64,000 nucleotides of DNA, taken from contig JAHEZL010000004.1 in assembly GCA_023251095.1 (NCBI GenBank), positions 48,226 through 112,225 on the forward strand. Direction: 5' to 3'. The notes beneath the pieces are model-generated. The model saw only the letters and a list, made by a program, of their open reading frames with translations. It did not search any database and was not told the DNA's origin. Made by a program: the position numbers and the translations under genes. Below are positions 47,261 through 57,613 of the stretch, in pieces (positions within the stretch are counted from its first letter, which is position 1; each line of letters begins with the position of its first letter). This stretch comes from Flavobacteriales bacterium. Lineage in GTDB: Bacteria; Bacteroidota; Bacteroidia; Flavobacteriales_C; GCA-002722245.

Positions 47261-47407
47261 GAGCAACGATAGATCCTGAGGGATAATCCACGGAAGATGA
47301 CTATTCTTAATTACCCCTCATATAGTTCATTATAAGTGTCCTAATGATTCTTCTAATTCCAAAGGGATCTATCGCTTTTCCACTTAAAAATCAGTTCTTT
47401 TTTTCCG

Positions 47408-47437
47408 GTACGGATCACAGGGTCATTAGGTTGGGTA
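47408..47437 (-). promoter_or_regulatory. ECF-sigma-like promoter motif CTACCCAACC-N15-CCGTA (copy 3, minus strand, no downstream ORF)
   Basis: Reverse complement of GGTACGG…GGTTGGGTAG. It points into the 47261..47407 spacer, where no ORF longer than 7 aa exists. Confidence 0.35.
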
Positions 47438-47579
47438 GCATGAAATAATAACGATTTTTCTGTTTTTATATCGATCTAAGTCGTATTTTTTCCTTCTTCA
47501 ATATCTTATGAAGGAAAAGGGGCTTTCATAGGCATAAGAAAATTAACTTGTAAATTCTTGTCTTTTAATCAACGTCTAC

Positions 47580-48143
47580 GTGATTACAAACGATTTAATA
47601 GATAAATGTGTTCGTCAGGATATCCGTGCTCAGCTTGAAATGCATGAGTGTTGTTTCCGTATGCTGATGCCTGTTTGCTATAAGTTTGTACGCAATGAAG
47701 AAATGGCGCGTGAGTTATACAATCAAGGATTTTTAAAGATTTTGGATGCCTTGCAATATTTCGATCAAAATAAAGATTTTACGCAATGGGCCAAAAAGAT
47801 CATGATGAATAAGCTGATCGACGATTATAGAAGTAAGAAGTCCTTGCAGAAACTGATCGATGACAATTTGCAGCCCGATTTTGCTTCAAATACCATTCGT
47901 TTAAAAGATGAAAACACATATCTGAACCAGGCTGAAGAGGAAAGAGTAAACTACTTGCTGGAAAAATTGCCTGAAACCACCCGTCGTGTTTTTAGGCTCT
48001 TTGCCCTAGAGGGTTATTCTCACCAGGAGATCAGCGATTTGATGAAGATGTCAACCGGAACTTCCAAATGGCATGTGTCGAATGCGCGAAATTTATTGAA
48101 GCGTTTTGTTACAAAAAAATTAAATGTAGTGAGTCATGAATAG
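47580..48143 (+). CDS. RNA polymerase ECF-type sigma-70 factor
   Basis: Region 2 (…FLKILDALQYFDQNKDFTQWAKKIMMNKLIDDYR) and region 4 HTH (FRLFALEGYSHQEISDLMKMSTGTSKWHVSNARNLLK). GTG start. Confidence 0.85.
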   Translation: MITNDLIDKCVRQDIRAQLEMHECCFRMLMPVCYKFVRNEEMARELYNQGFLKILDALQYFDQNKDFTQWAKKIMMNKLIDDYRSKKSLQKLIDDNLQPDFASNTIRLKDENTYLNQAEEERVNYLLEKLPETTRRVFRLFALEGYSHQEISDLMKMSTGTSKWHVSNARNLLKRFVTKKLNVVSHE

Positions 48144-49422
48144 TGGGAATAACGACATACCGTCTTTTGAATACAAACCTGAGTTCAGACAGGAGATGGA
48201 AAAGATTTTGGTTAAAAGGAAATCGAAAAAGCGTTTTCTGTTTTTTTTAACCTGGACTTTAGGCGGGCTTGTCCTTGCTGCGGGATCCTTCTATTTCATG
48301 CAGGAAGAGCAACAAATACCGGAAGAAAAAATACAGAAAGAGCAAAATGTTCAGGAGATCTTTACATCGGAATCTGTTGCTGATGAAAGTGCTAAAAAGC
48401 AAATATTGACTACCGTAAATTCCAATGGAAGTACTACACCTGCGGAACAGAAAATTAAAAAGACCTTGGCTCAGAAAAAAACTGTAAGCACTTCACCTTC
48501 AATAAATACCTTTCAGCAGCAAACAAAACAAGAAGCAACAACACCGCAGGAGATACCGATAAATGCTATTGTTTCTACCGAAGTTGTTCAAAACGATTCT
48601 TCTTTATTGGAACAGGATAGTTTGCTTTCAACTACCGAAAACAAAATTTCTTTTGAAGATTCGTTAATGAGTTTTGCGCATAACAACAGCGATACTAATT
48701 TAACTGATACACTGGCTAAAGTTCCCGAGGATTCTGTAAAAAATTCATCAGATCATCAATGGCTATTGTACGTTGGTGCAGGAGCGAACAACAGCATTGG
48801 AGAAGGAGAATACAGCAATGGAATCGCTCCTTCTTTCAAATTAGGGGTGCATTATCTCAAAGAGTTCACTAAGGAACATGCTGTGGGAATAGGCTTACAA
48901 AGCAAGTTGTATAGGGGTCTATACAACTGGGGAGGCTACGATACGGTGAAGACAAGTATTACCAATCCTAACAACTCCGGCTACGATAAAATGGAAGCAC
49001 GTGTGGTAACGCACAATCAAAATAAATATGCAATGGCTTTGTCGCTGCCTTTGTATTATCGCTATTCCACTCCTAAATTCAGTTTCAGCGTTGGCGCGAG
49101 CATTGATTATCTGGCGGCAAATTTGTACGAACAAACTGCAGATTCTTCCAAGTATGGCATCAATACTTTTGTTTTTTACACAGAAGTTTTAACGGAGAAA
49201 ACAAGTGCTGCAAAAGTAAAGAAACAGGATTTCAGAGGAATCAATCAACTCAATTTCGGTCCGTTTATAGAAGTGGATTATCACTTGTCTCCCAAAATTT
49301 CTATGGGACTTACGGGGCAGATGCTGGTTCAGGATATTACCAATAATGCTGTTGTAAACGTCAATAAAAACAGTCCGATTTATTCTTTAAATGTAAGTTT
49401 GAAATATCATTTTTGTAAATGA
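48136..49422 (+). CDS. membrane protein co-transcribed with ECF sigma (putative anti-sigma factor with beta-barrel-like C-terminal domain)
   Basis: Overlaps the sigma gene by 8 nt. Short cytoplasmic N-terminus, one TM (FLFFLTWTLGGLVLAAGSFYF), and a large extracytoplasmic domain ending in an aromatic-rich beta pattern. No zinc anti-sigma motif is recognised, so the call is low confidence. Confidence 0.45.
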   Translation: MNSGNNDIPSFEYKPEFRQEMEKILVKRKSKKRFLFFLTWTLGGLVLAAGSFYFMQEEQQIPEEKIQKEQNVQEIFTSESVADESAKKQILTTVNSNGSTTPAEQKIKKTLAQKKTVSTSPSINTFQQQTKQEATTPQEIPINAIVSTEVVQNDSSLLEQDSLLSTTENKISFEDSLMSFAHNNSDTNLTDTLAKVPEDSVKNSSDHQWLLYVGAGANNSIGEGEYSNGIAPSFKLGVHYLKEFTKEHAVGIGLQSKLYRGLYNWGGYDTVKTSITNPNNSGYDKMEARVVTHNQNKYAMALSLPLYYRYSTPKFSFSVGASIDYLAANLYEQTADSSKYGINTFVFYTEVLTEKTSAAKVKKQDFRGINQLNFGPFIEVDYHLSPKISMGLTGQMLVQDITNNAVVNVNKNSPIYSLNVSLKYHFCK

Positions 49423-52400
49423 TGTTTTGGTATAAATTGATATTGGAAAAAACACGTTTTCCTGCAAGATTACTTGTGTGGCTTTTTCTGCTTTTGTTTT
49501 TACCCGACACTTATGCCCAGCAGTCGAAACAAGGATCTGCAAATATTTCTACTGCAAAAATTGTAAACGAATATGCTTATCTCACCACCGATGCAAAAAA
49601 GGGAACAGCCTTACTTAAGCTGAACAATGCTCAGCTGAATTCCAATAGTCGTTTTGCTTCCAATTTATCACCCGGAGATTTATTGTTTGTTCTTCAGGTA
49701 CAGGGAGCGATAATATCTACAGCAAATGATGCTTCTTATGGGTCGGTATTGTCGTTCAACGGTGCGGGCTTGAATGAATTTGTGCAGGTGAGATCTGTGA
49801 GCGGAAATAACGTGACCATTGATTGCGCATTAAAAAACGATTATAGCGCTGCGGGAAAAACAATGGTGATTCGTGTGCCCCGCTATCAAACGCTTACCAT
49901 TACTAATACAGGTGTGTTGAGCGCTGATGCATGGAACGGAAACAAGGGAGGAATTGTGGTGCTGGAAGTTGCAGGAGATTTAAAAATCGACGGAAAAATT
50001 GATGTTAGTGCAAAGGGATTCAGAGGCGGCGGCTATGATAACGGAACTTATAAAATCACTGATTCAATTGATCACAATCTCTTCGTTACTCCAGATTCTA
50101 ACGCCAGTGCTGAGAAAGGAGAAAGTATTGCCGGATATCAAAGTGATTATGATTTTATGGGAGGAAGGTATGGAAGAGGAGCAGCGGCGAATGGCGGCGG
50201 TGGTGGTAATACGCATAATGCCGGCGGTGGTGGCGGAGCCAATGGCGGAGATTTGTTGTTGTGGACAGGCTTAGGAAATCCAAATCATAGTCATCCTCAT
50301 TGGGTGAGTGCCTGGAATCTGGAGGGAAGTGGTTTTGCTTTTCAAATTTCTTCAGGCGGAGGAAGAGGAGGTTATTCTTATTCAAAGGTTCAGGAGGATC
50401 CCCTGATTACTGCGCCCGGTTCAATTGATTGGCTGGGAGATTTAAGAAGAAATATTGGTGGTTTTGGTGGACATCCCTTGCAATATGATGCAGCGGGTTC
50501 TCTTGTGTTTTTTGGTGGTGGCGGTGGTGCAGGCGATGCCAATAATTACGCTGTTGATACCACCGGCGGGAATGGTGGAGGTATTGTTGTTATAGTGGTG
50601 AAAGGGAATATAAGCGGTAGCGGAATAATTATTGCCGACGGAGGAAAAGGTGGCGATACCAGTCCGGCCGGAACTTTGAACGACGGTACAGGCGGTGGTG
50701 GCGGTGGCGGCGCCATTATTTTGACTGCTTCAGGAACTATTTCATCACTGACTTTGCAAGCCAACGGAGGAGACGGAGGGAGTCAGCTCATTGGTACTTT
50801 ACTCACTAAGCAAAAGTACGAGGCAGAAGGAATGGGCGGTGGCGGCAGTGGCGGATACATTGCTACTACCAATAGCTTAGTCTCTGTTTCTGTGTCGGGA
50901 GGGAAAAACGGAATTACCTCTTCGCAGGCGATGCTCAATTTTATTCATAACGGTGCAACTAAGGGAGGATCGGGATCGGTAGTTGTTATAGGTACTTCCA
51001 ATTATCAGTCGGTAAAAGTGGAAGTAAAACACGATACGGTGTGTGCCGGACAAACGGCTACGCTTATCGCTAATCCGGTGGGTGGCACGCCTTCTTTGGT
51101 GGAGTGGTATAGCGCCCCCGCGGGAGGAGTGCCTATACATACCGGTGGAACTTATTCTTTTACAGCCAACAATGCGGTGTGTTATTATGTGCAATATTGT
51201 CCGAATATTACCAGAGATACAGTGTGCGCGAAAATAGACCTTCCACCTGTTTTCGATTTAGGTAAGGAAGTCTACGTTTGTGCCGGCTTATCAGTGGAAC
51301 TGGATGCGGGCAGCGGATATTCCTACACCTGGAATACGGGAGAACATACCCGGAAAATTGCTGTGAAAAATGCCGGTAAATATTGGGTGTCGGTGAATGC
51401 ATCAGCTTGCGCAGCTTCCGATTCAGTCAATGTATATCTGTCTCCAAATCCTTTCGATTTGGGAGGAAATATAAGTGTGTGCGAAGGAAATCTGGTGACT
51501 CTGGATGCAGGATACTGGAGTTCGTATTCGTGGAGCACCGGCGCAAATACAAAAACCATTGCTGTGCTAACAGCGGGAGTGTATAAAGTATCGGTTTCTT
51601 CGGTATTGTGTTCAGGTATTGATTCTGTGAAAGTAACTTTGCTGCCTCTTCCTTCTTTTCAGGTATCCAGCGAAACCATTTGTGAGGGAGAGACAACAGA
51701 GCTGGAAGTGAAAATCACTGATCCTTTGAACAATCCTTCCAACTGGATTGTACAGTGGCAGGGAGGAGGAACAGCATTAAAAAAAACGCTGAGCAGCGAA
51801 GGGAAAAATCTTGTGAAAGTAACCAACAAAACCACCTTATGCGCCGATACTTCTTCGGGATACATATTCATTGATCCTCCTTTTGAAATTGATCTCGGAC
51901 CCGATCGCAATATTTGTGAAGGAGATTCCGTGCTGTTGAAAGTTCCGGGAACCTATCCCAAAAATATATGGAACGACCTTTCTCAGGGAACATCATTGCT
52001 CGTGAAAAAAACGGGATCTTATCGGGTGGAAGTCAGCGATGCAGTGGGATGCACAGCCATTGATAATGTTCAGGTGAATGTATTGTCGTTTACAGGATTT
52101 ACTTTGGGCGATGATATTGTCGCCTGCACCGGACAACAGGTAAGCATCGGAACAGCCGTCGAGACCGATTATTATTTATGGTCGGATGGAGCAACTACTC
52201 CTGAAATTGTTGTAGATGCCAACGGAGATTATATTCTTACCGTCAGCAATGAAATTTCCTGTTCGGCAACAGACACCGTCAACGTTCACTTTTTGCCTTA
52301 TCCACAGGTATATCCTGCCAACGATACTACTTTATGTTTTCTGGATTCAAAAGGTGAAGTTACGTTGAGTGCCGAATCCAAACCGGGCTATCAGTATTTG

Positions 52401-52811
52401 TGGAGTACAGGTGATACCAGTGCTGCCATAAGCATAGATGAAGAAGGAATTTATTTGTTGGAAATTCAATTGCCCTCGGTAAGTTGTGTATACAATAAAG
52501 AGGTAAAAGTGAATGATTACTGCGACGCGAAAATATTTTTTCCAACGGCTTTCACACCCAATGGAGACGGAATAAATGATATTTTTTATACTCCCAATTT
52601 TGCTTTGAAAGGTTATCGTTTTTTGATTTTGGATCGCTGGGGAAAGGAACTTTTTATAACAGAAGATCCTTCGTTGGGCTGGGATGGCAGATATCAGGGA
52701 AGAATAGTTCAGGAAGATGTGTATGTGTGGAAAGCATATTTTGATATGGAGCAGGAAAACGGACAAATCAAAAAGCAATCCCGTGTGGGACGGGTTGCTT
52801 TATTGAAATAA
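49419..52811 (+). CDS. giant Gly-rich surface protein with Ig-like repeats and T9SS type-B (gliding-motility-associated) C-terminal domain
   Basis: Overlaps the upstream gene by 4 nt (ATGA). Poly-Gly tracts GGGGGNTHNAGGGGGANGG. C-terminus CDAKIFFPTAFTPNGDGINDIF…FLILDRWGKELF…GWDG…, same family as the 31 kb and 37 kb genes. Confidence 0.8.
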   Translation: MMFWYKLILEKTRFPARLLVWLFLLLFLPDTYAQQSKQGSANISTAKIVNEYAYLTTDAKKGTALLKLNNAQLNSNSRFASNLSPGDLLFVLQVQGAIISTANDASYGSVLSFNGAGLNEFVQVRSVSGNNVTIDCALKNDYSAAGKTMVIRVPRYQTLTITNTGVLSADAWNGNKGGIVVLEVAGDLKIDGKIDVSAKGFRGGGYDNGTYKITDSIDHNLFVTPDSNASAEKGESIAGYQSDYDFMGGRYGRGAAANGGGGGNTHNAGGGGGANGGDLLLWTGLGNPNHSHPHWVSAWNLEGSGFAFQISSGGGRGGYSYSKVQEDPLITAPGSIDWLGDLRRNIGGFGGHPLQYDAAGSLVFFGGGGGAGDANNYAVDTTGGNGGGIVVIVVKGNISGSGIIIADGGKGGDTSPAGTLNDGTGGGGGGGAIILTASGTISSLTLQANGGDGGSQLIGTLLTKQKYEAEGMGGGGSGGYIATTNSLVSVSVSGGKNGITSSQAMLNFIHNGATKGGSGSVVVIGTSNYQSVKVEVKHDTVCAGQTATLIANPVGGTPSLVEWYSAPAGGVPIHTGGTYSFTANNAVCYYVQYCPNITRDTVCAKIDLPPVFDLGKEVYVCAGLSVELDAGSGYSYTWNTGEHTRKIAVKNAGKYWVSVNASACAASDSVNVYLSPNPFDLGGNISVCEGNLVTLDAGYWSSYSWSTGANTKTIAVLTAGVYKVSVSSVLCSGIDSVKVTLLPLPSFQVSSETICEGETTELEVKITDPLNNPSNWIVQWQGGGTALKKTLSSEGKNLVKVTNKTTLCADTSSGYIFIDPPFEIDLGPDRNICEGDSVLLKVPGTYPKNIWNDLSQGTSLLVKKTGSYRVEVSDAVGCTAIDNVQVNVLSFTGFTLGDDIVACTGQQVSIGTAVETDYYLWSDGATTPEIVVDANGDYILTVSNEISCSATDTVNVHFLPYPQVYPANDTTLCFLDSKGEVTLSAESKPGYQYLWSTGDTSAAISIDEEGIYLLEIQLPSVSCVYNKEVKVNDYCDAKIFFPTAFTPNGDGINDIFYTPNFALKGYRFLILDRWGKELFITEDPSLGWDGRYQGRIVQEDVYVWKAYFDMEQENGQIKKQSRVGRVALLK

Positions 52812-52826
52812 AATAAAAAATTACTT

Positions 52827-52857
52827 CTACCCAACCTTTCCGCTTTCACAAACGGTA
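52827..52857 (+). promoter_or_regulatory. ECF-sigma-like promoter motif CTACCCAACC-N16-CGGTA (copy 2)
   Basis: CTACCCAACCTTTCCGCTTTCACAAACGGTA lies 47 nt upstream of the ATG of 52904. Confidence 0.45.
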
Positions 52858-52903
52858 TTCTTGTTTAAGGGGCTATAAATGGGTATAATTTAAAATTTCA
52901 ACT

Positions 52904-54814
52904 ATGTTAAAATCATTACTGTTTACTTCAGTATTGCTGATGTCTCAAATTTTGGTTCCCGCACAAACGTGGAGAAGCGCTTATTATCCTACTACCTGGA
53001 AAGCGCCGGTCACAAAGAATTTTTATACCGATGCTTTTTTGCAGGATTATTCTTACGCCGGATATCAGCGTGGCGAAGTAGATGTACCCGCACCAACCGG
53101 AAAAGTTTTTGATGTGACCAAGACGCCTTACAACGCCGATAAAACCGGAGCTGCTGATGCAACTGCCGCCATTCAAAAAGCCATTGATGATGCTCAAATC
53201 AATAATGGTGGTGTAGTTTATCTTCCTGCGGGAACATATAAAGTGAGTCCGGGTTCCAATCCTCAGGCTTTGCGAATTTCCAAAAGCAATATTTATTTGA
53301 AAGGCGATGGTATCGGAAAAACATTTATCCTCAACTCTTCTTATCAGATGAATAATAAATCGATTATTAAAGTTACTGGATCGGCATCATGGACAAATAT
53401 GCCTTCTTCAAAAGCTTTACTCACTGCTGATGTGATGAATCCTGTAAATGTTTTGCCTATCGACAATCCTTCATTATTTAAAGTAGGCGATTTGATTATG
53501 GTGCGAAATGTTGTGGGTGATGCATGGATCAACGAGCACAAAGAAACAGATTGGATTGGTGCAGGAGCAAACTTGCGTGGCTTGATGTATTGCAGATATG
53601 TTACCGCAATAGATGCAGCAAAAAAAACAATTACCATAGATGTGCCTTTGCGTTATGCACTTAAAACCCGCGATGGTGCTTGTGCATTTATATTGAACGG
53701 AATGATTAGTGAAGTGGGGCTGATGGATTTTTCTATTGGAAATATTCAGCATCCTGCTACTACAGGTTTTGGTGAAAATGATTATACCACTTCAGGAACT
53801 GCAGCTTATGATTGTCACAGCTCTTATGTTATCAATTTAAATGCTGTGTTGAATGGCTGGATGAAAAATATTTCTACCTATAAACCTTCAACAAATACAA
53901 CAGGAAGTCAAATGTTGTCGAATGGTGTTTTGGTGCAGTATTCAAAAAATGTAACGGTTGACAATTGCACCATGCGCTATGCGCAATACGGAGGTGGTGG
54001 TGGAAATGGTTATGCCTACAGGGTTTCAGCGAATGAAGTGTTGATTAGTAATTGTACTGCAACTTATACGCGACACGGATTTGTGTTTTCCAGCATGTGG
54101 ACTTCCGGAAATGTTTTTCATAAATGTAACGATGTGCACACTGGATTTCAATGTGGAAATACAGGCAACATGAGTACTTCGGGTTATGGAAGCGATCATC
54201 ACATGCATTTCAGTCAGTCGAATTTAATTGATAATTCCTACACAGAGAACAGCGGTTTTTATGCTTATTACCGACCGTATGGTTCTGATCCCATGCATCT
54301 TTTAACGGCAACACACACAGCTTACTGGAACATTGCTTCGGGTGGTACAAAAGCATATTGTGTGTGGACGCAGCAAAGCAGATATGGTTATGCCATCGGT
54401 ACTTCGGGAACAGAGTCGGCAGTGTACACCAAAGAAAACGCAACAGGATCGGCGGCAAAAACCGATCCGGTGGATATTGTAGAAGGAGTGGGTAAAGGTG
54501 CAACACTGCAACCGCAATCGCTGTATTTGGATCAGTTGGAAAAACGCACGAACGCTATCAGTACCGATATTTCCGCAGAAGAGGTAAAACGCTCTTTCAT
54601 GATTTATCCCAATCCGGCCAACACTTTGCTGATAGTACAATTGTCGGCAGTAGAAAAAACAGAAGTGCATATTTATGATGCGCTCGGACAAAATGTTATG
54701 CAAAAAAGTTTTGCGAATGAAGCTCAATTTCAAATCGATTTAAGCCAGTTGTCTTCGGGTGTATACTATCTGCAAGTCAATAATGAAGGGCAAAAACTAA
54801 TCATTAATAAATAG
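52904..54814 (+). CDS. pectate-lyase-like/GH28-related beta-helix protein with T9SS type-A C-terminal sorting domain
   Basis: N-terminal TGAADATAAIQKAIDDAQINNGGVVYLPAGTYKV (Pectate_lyase_3/GH28-like), beta-helix rungs, and the C-terminal MIYPNPANTLLIV…GVYYLQVNNEGQ CTD. Confidence 0.7.
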   Translation: MLKSLLFTSVLLMSQILVPAQTWRSAYYPTTWKAPVTKNFYTDAFLQDYSYAGYQRGEVDVPAPTGKVFDVTKTPYNADKTGAADATAAIQKAIDDAQINNGGVVYLPAGTYKVSPGSNPQALRISKSNIYLKGDGIGKTFILNSSYQMNNKSIIKVTGSASWTNMPSSKALLTADVMNPVNVLPIDNPSLFKVGDLIMVRNVVGDAWINEHKETDWIGAGANLRGLMYCRYVTAIDAAKKTITIDVPLRYALKTRDGACAFILNGMISEVGLMDFSIGNIQHPATTGFGENDYTTSGTAAYDCHSSYVINLNAVLNGWMKNISTYKPSTNTTGSQMLSNGVLVQYSKNVTVDNCTMRYAQYGGGGGNGYAYRVSANEVLISNCTATYTRHGFVFSSMWTSGNVFHKCNDVHTGFQCGNTGNMSTSGYGSDHHMHFSQSNLIDNSYTENSGFYAYYRPYGSDPMHLLTATHTAYWNIASGGTKAYCVWTQQSRYGYAIGTSGTESAVYTKENATGSAAKTDPVDIVEGVGKGATLQPQSLYLDQLEKRTNAISTDISAEEVKRSFMIYPNPANTLLIVQLSAVEKTEVHIYDALGQNVMQKSFANEAQFQIDLSQLSSGVYYLQVNNEGQKLIINK

Positions 54815-54818
54815 AATT

Positions 54819-57605
54819 ATGAGAAATAAAATTTTGTTTTTCCTGCTCGTGCTATGCTCTTATGTGAACGCTCAGGTTCCTGCAGCAACAGCCGATTTTT
54901 TTAAGCTGATTGATTTAACCCGGCCTGATATGAAAAACATTTCAGCTTTGGTAACTGCTGCAAAGTATGACGCTGCGCTGGAAGTATGGCGAGATACTGT
55001 GGTGAATCGTTTGCGAAGATTGAATCTCGGACAGTTCAACTGGCACTCTAATTGTCAGAATGGGTATTATATCAACTGGTCGAAAATGCTGGTGGAAAAT
55101 ATTACACCTGCAACTTATAACGCCGGCTCTACGAGTTATAATGATTATTTTGATCTCACCAATTCACCTTACAAAACAGTAAAAAATGTAAAATGGATTG
55201 CTTCACCACCAAGCGGAATGCAAGATGACGACGGTGAAATCGCCAGCTATATGATGTTTGTTCCTTTGCCTGCAACCTATCATAAAATGGGCGATACCAT
55301 TTATTTAAAAAAGTTTATGCAGGTGTCGAGTGATTTTGCAGTGCGACAAAAAACTTTGTTGAAAGCATTATCTGCTGCCGATCAAAAATTATATTCTCCC
55401 AATTGGAGCACCGGCGCTCAGGAAGTTTTATGGCAGGGCGACAGAGTAGCGAACATCGTAAAATGTTTGGGAGTGCTGGCGAAAAATCTTCCGGGTGAAA
55501 CAAAAATTTCTGCATGGGATGGAGTGATCAGCACGGTGAGAGGAAAGGTGACTACACAAAACACAAAATGTATTTCAGCTAAACAATTGTCAAATATTGC
55601 TGCGGCTTTGGTGGGTGATAATCCCGATTTATTATTGTCGGTTTACCGCTATGCAGGTAAAGTTCCCAACCAACGTTTCAACGGATTGTATTCTTTAATG
55701 ATGATGTGTTTAGCTTTTCCCGAGTTTAAATCGGTAGCGGTTGATGAAGTGGAAGTTGTTGCCGGACTCACCGATTTCATGAATACCATGTGCGCAAAAG
55801 ACGGTGGATTTTTAGAGCAATCTTTTAATTACAATCAAACCGATGCCGGTAAAATGAGTGATTTGGTGGATATGGCGGCGTCGGCAGGAAGATCAAGTAT
55901 GCCGGTGATTGCTTTGATTTCAAACGGAGTAGATGATTTTTATAGAATGTTGTGGGCACTTAAAACTCCTTTGATGGCACAGCCTTTAGTGGGCAACTGT
56001 GCACATAGCGGCGCAACAAATGTGTGGACGAGCACTACAGTTGCTGATACGTATAAAAAAACAATTACAGCTTCGTCGGATGCTTTATCCAAACAAATTG
56101 TAAATGCTTTCAATGGTAAAACTCCTGCGCCTAAATTCACTTCCATTTCATTTCCTTACAGCGGATATTATACGCAGCGACAAGGCTGGGAAATTGATGA
56201 TGCTTATTTATTTTTTATGGGCGGGCGTGCGGCACGCGGACATAAAATGGGCGATAACAACAGCATTCAAGTGGTGGCCTTCGGTAGAGAATTACTCGCT
56301 ACCGACGGGCCACCCGATTATTTCGGAGATCTCACCGGTGACCAGGGAACTTACATCAGTGAAAATTCTTCATTGAAAGCCAACACAATTATTGTGGATG
56401 GAAAATCACAAAACAAAAATTCTATTTTAACCAGTCAGGCTTCTGCACCAATTACTTCACGTAACTACAATTCGACTACGGAAGATTTTGTGGAAGGAAC
56501 TTTTGATAAAGGCTATTGCACGATTGGCGCAACGTCGGCTTCGGTGACTGATGTAACGCACAACCGACAAGTTATCTTTTTAAAAGAAGCAGGCATTTGG
56601 ATCATGACTGATTTTATGAATCACACAGGAACCAACACGCATACTTATGCGCAAGTGTGGAATTTTGAACCTTATCTTACCGCTTCAAAAATTTATGGCT
56701 TCACTGAAGCTCAGGTTTCTTTTGATAAAACAAACAAAAGAATTGTAACTGTTGATCCATCCGGACCGAATATCCGATTGCAGAATTTCGGGAAAATCTC
56801 CACTCTCGATTATGTGAAATATTACAATCAGGCTTCTCCTGCAATGGGTTGGTATGCGCCGAGTATCAGTACTATTACTCCTGCGGTGGATATTCATGCA
56901 ACATGGACGGGCACAGGGAATCAGGCTTTGGGAACCATCATCATGCCTGCAAAAGGATTGACGAAAGATGTGGTGTACAAAGATTTATCACCCGATGTAA
57001 AAACTACTGCGCTTTCTCTCACTTTACCGAATGGAAATAAACTGATGTATTCATCGGGCTTCACTGCAAAAGCAACAACGCAATTCAATTTCACTTTCAA
57101 CAGCAAAGGATATTTGTTGCAGGAAAATGCAAATGGCGATGTGACAGGAATGGTGATTGGCGGCGATAAAGCGGCGTTGCTGTGGGATGGTAATTCCATT
57201 GATCACGGATTTTCTGATTACGGAATTTCTTATGACGTAGCAATGCAAACCATTACTTTAACTCCGTTTGAAGTACCCAATACTTTTGTGTGGGACAGTA
57301 AACCTATGGCGTCTATTGTTTCTCCGGCAAAGGCGGATGTGGTATTTGTGATTAGTACAACTGCTGTAAATTCAGTGATTACAGAAGGAGTGGTGGTGTA
57401 TCCGAATCCATCCAACGGAGCTTTCTTTTTAAATTCTGCGCAAGATGTAAAGCAAATTAAAATCTATAATCTTCAGGGAAAAGAAATGGAGAATATTCAA
57501 AATGTGGATTTTGGTTTTGGAGAAAATTTAGCGGAGGGAATGTATATTCTTCAGGTGGAATATATGAATGGAAATATCTTTTATAATAAGATTGAAAAGT
57601 TTTAG
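54819..57605 (+). CDS. T9SS cargo protein, possible polysaccharide lyase (heparinase II/III-like alpha/alpha toroid + beta-sandwich); function uncertain
   Basis: Signal peptide and an N-terminal helical region resembling heparinase II/III N-termini, but no catalytic motif confirmed. C-terminal VVYPNPSNGAFFLNSAQDVKQIKIYNLQGKE…GMYILQVEYMNGNIFYNKIEKF T9SS CTD. Starts 4 nt after the upstream gene, so probably operonic. Confidence 0.5.
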   Translation: MRNKILFFLLVLCSYVNAQVPAATADFFKLIDLTRPDMKNISALVTAAKYDAALEVWRDTVVNRLRRLNLGQFNWHSNCQNGYYINWSKMLVENITPATYNAGSTSYNDYFDLTNSPYKTVKNVKWIASPPSGMQDDDGEIASYMMFVPLPATYHKMGDTIYLKKFMQVSSDFAVRQKTLLKALSAADQKLYSPNWSTGAQEVLWQGDRVANIVKCLGVLAKNLPGETKISAWDGVISTVRGKVTTQNTKCISAKQLSNIAAALVGDNPDLLLSVYRYAGKVPNQRFNGLYSLMMMCLAFPEFKSVAVDEVEVVAGLTDFMNTMCAKDGGFLEQSFNYNQTDAGKMSDLVDMAASAGRSSMPVIALISNGVDDFYRMLWALKTPLMAQPLVGNCAHSGATNVWTSTTVADTYKKTITASSDALSKQIVNAFNGKTPAPKFTSISFPYSGYYTQRQGWEIDDAYLFFMGGRAARGHKMGDNNSIQVVAFGRELLATDGPPDYFGDLTGDQGTYISENSSLKANTIIVDGKSQNKNSILTSQASAPITSRNYNSTTEDFVEGTFDKGYCTIGATSASVTDVTHNRQVIFLKEAGIWIMTDFMNHTGTNTHTYAQVWNFEPYLTASKIYGFTEAQVSFDKTNKRIVTVDPSGPNIRLQNFGKISTLDYVKYYNQASPAMGWYAPSISTITPAVDIHATWTGTGNQALGTIIMPAKGLTKDVVYKDLSPDVKTTALSLTLPNGNKLMYSSGFTAKATTQFNFTFNSKGYLLQENANGDVTGMVIGGDKAALLWDGNSIDHGFSDYGISYDVAMQTITLTPFEVPNTFVWDSKPMASIVSPAKADVVFVISTTAVNSVITEGVVVYPNPSNGAFFLNSAQDVKQIKIYNLQGKEMENIQNVDFGFGENLAEGMYILQVEYMNGNIFYNKIEKF

Positions 57606-57613
57606 TGGGGTTT

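Noticed and set aside
47280-47579. Small protein-coding gene downstream of the inverted ECF-like motif
   Set aside because: The minus-strand reading frames in 47261..47407 contain no ORF longer than 7 aa with ATG/GTG/TTG starts. If the motif is functional, the product would be non-coding.
50546-50764. 72-aa minus-strand ORF encoding PPPPPP tracts
   Set aside because: Antisense of the GGN-rich poly-Gly coding region of the giant gene 49419..52811.
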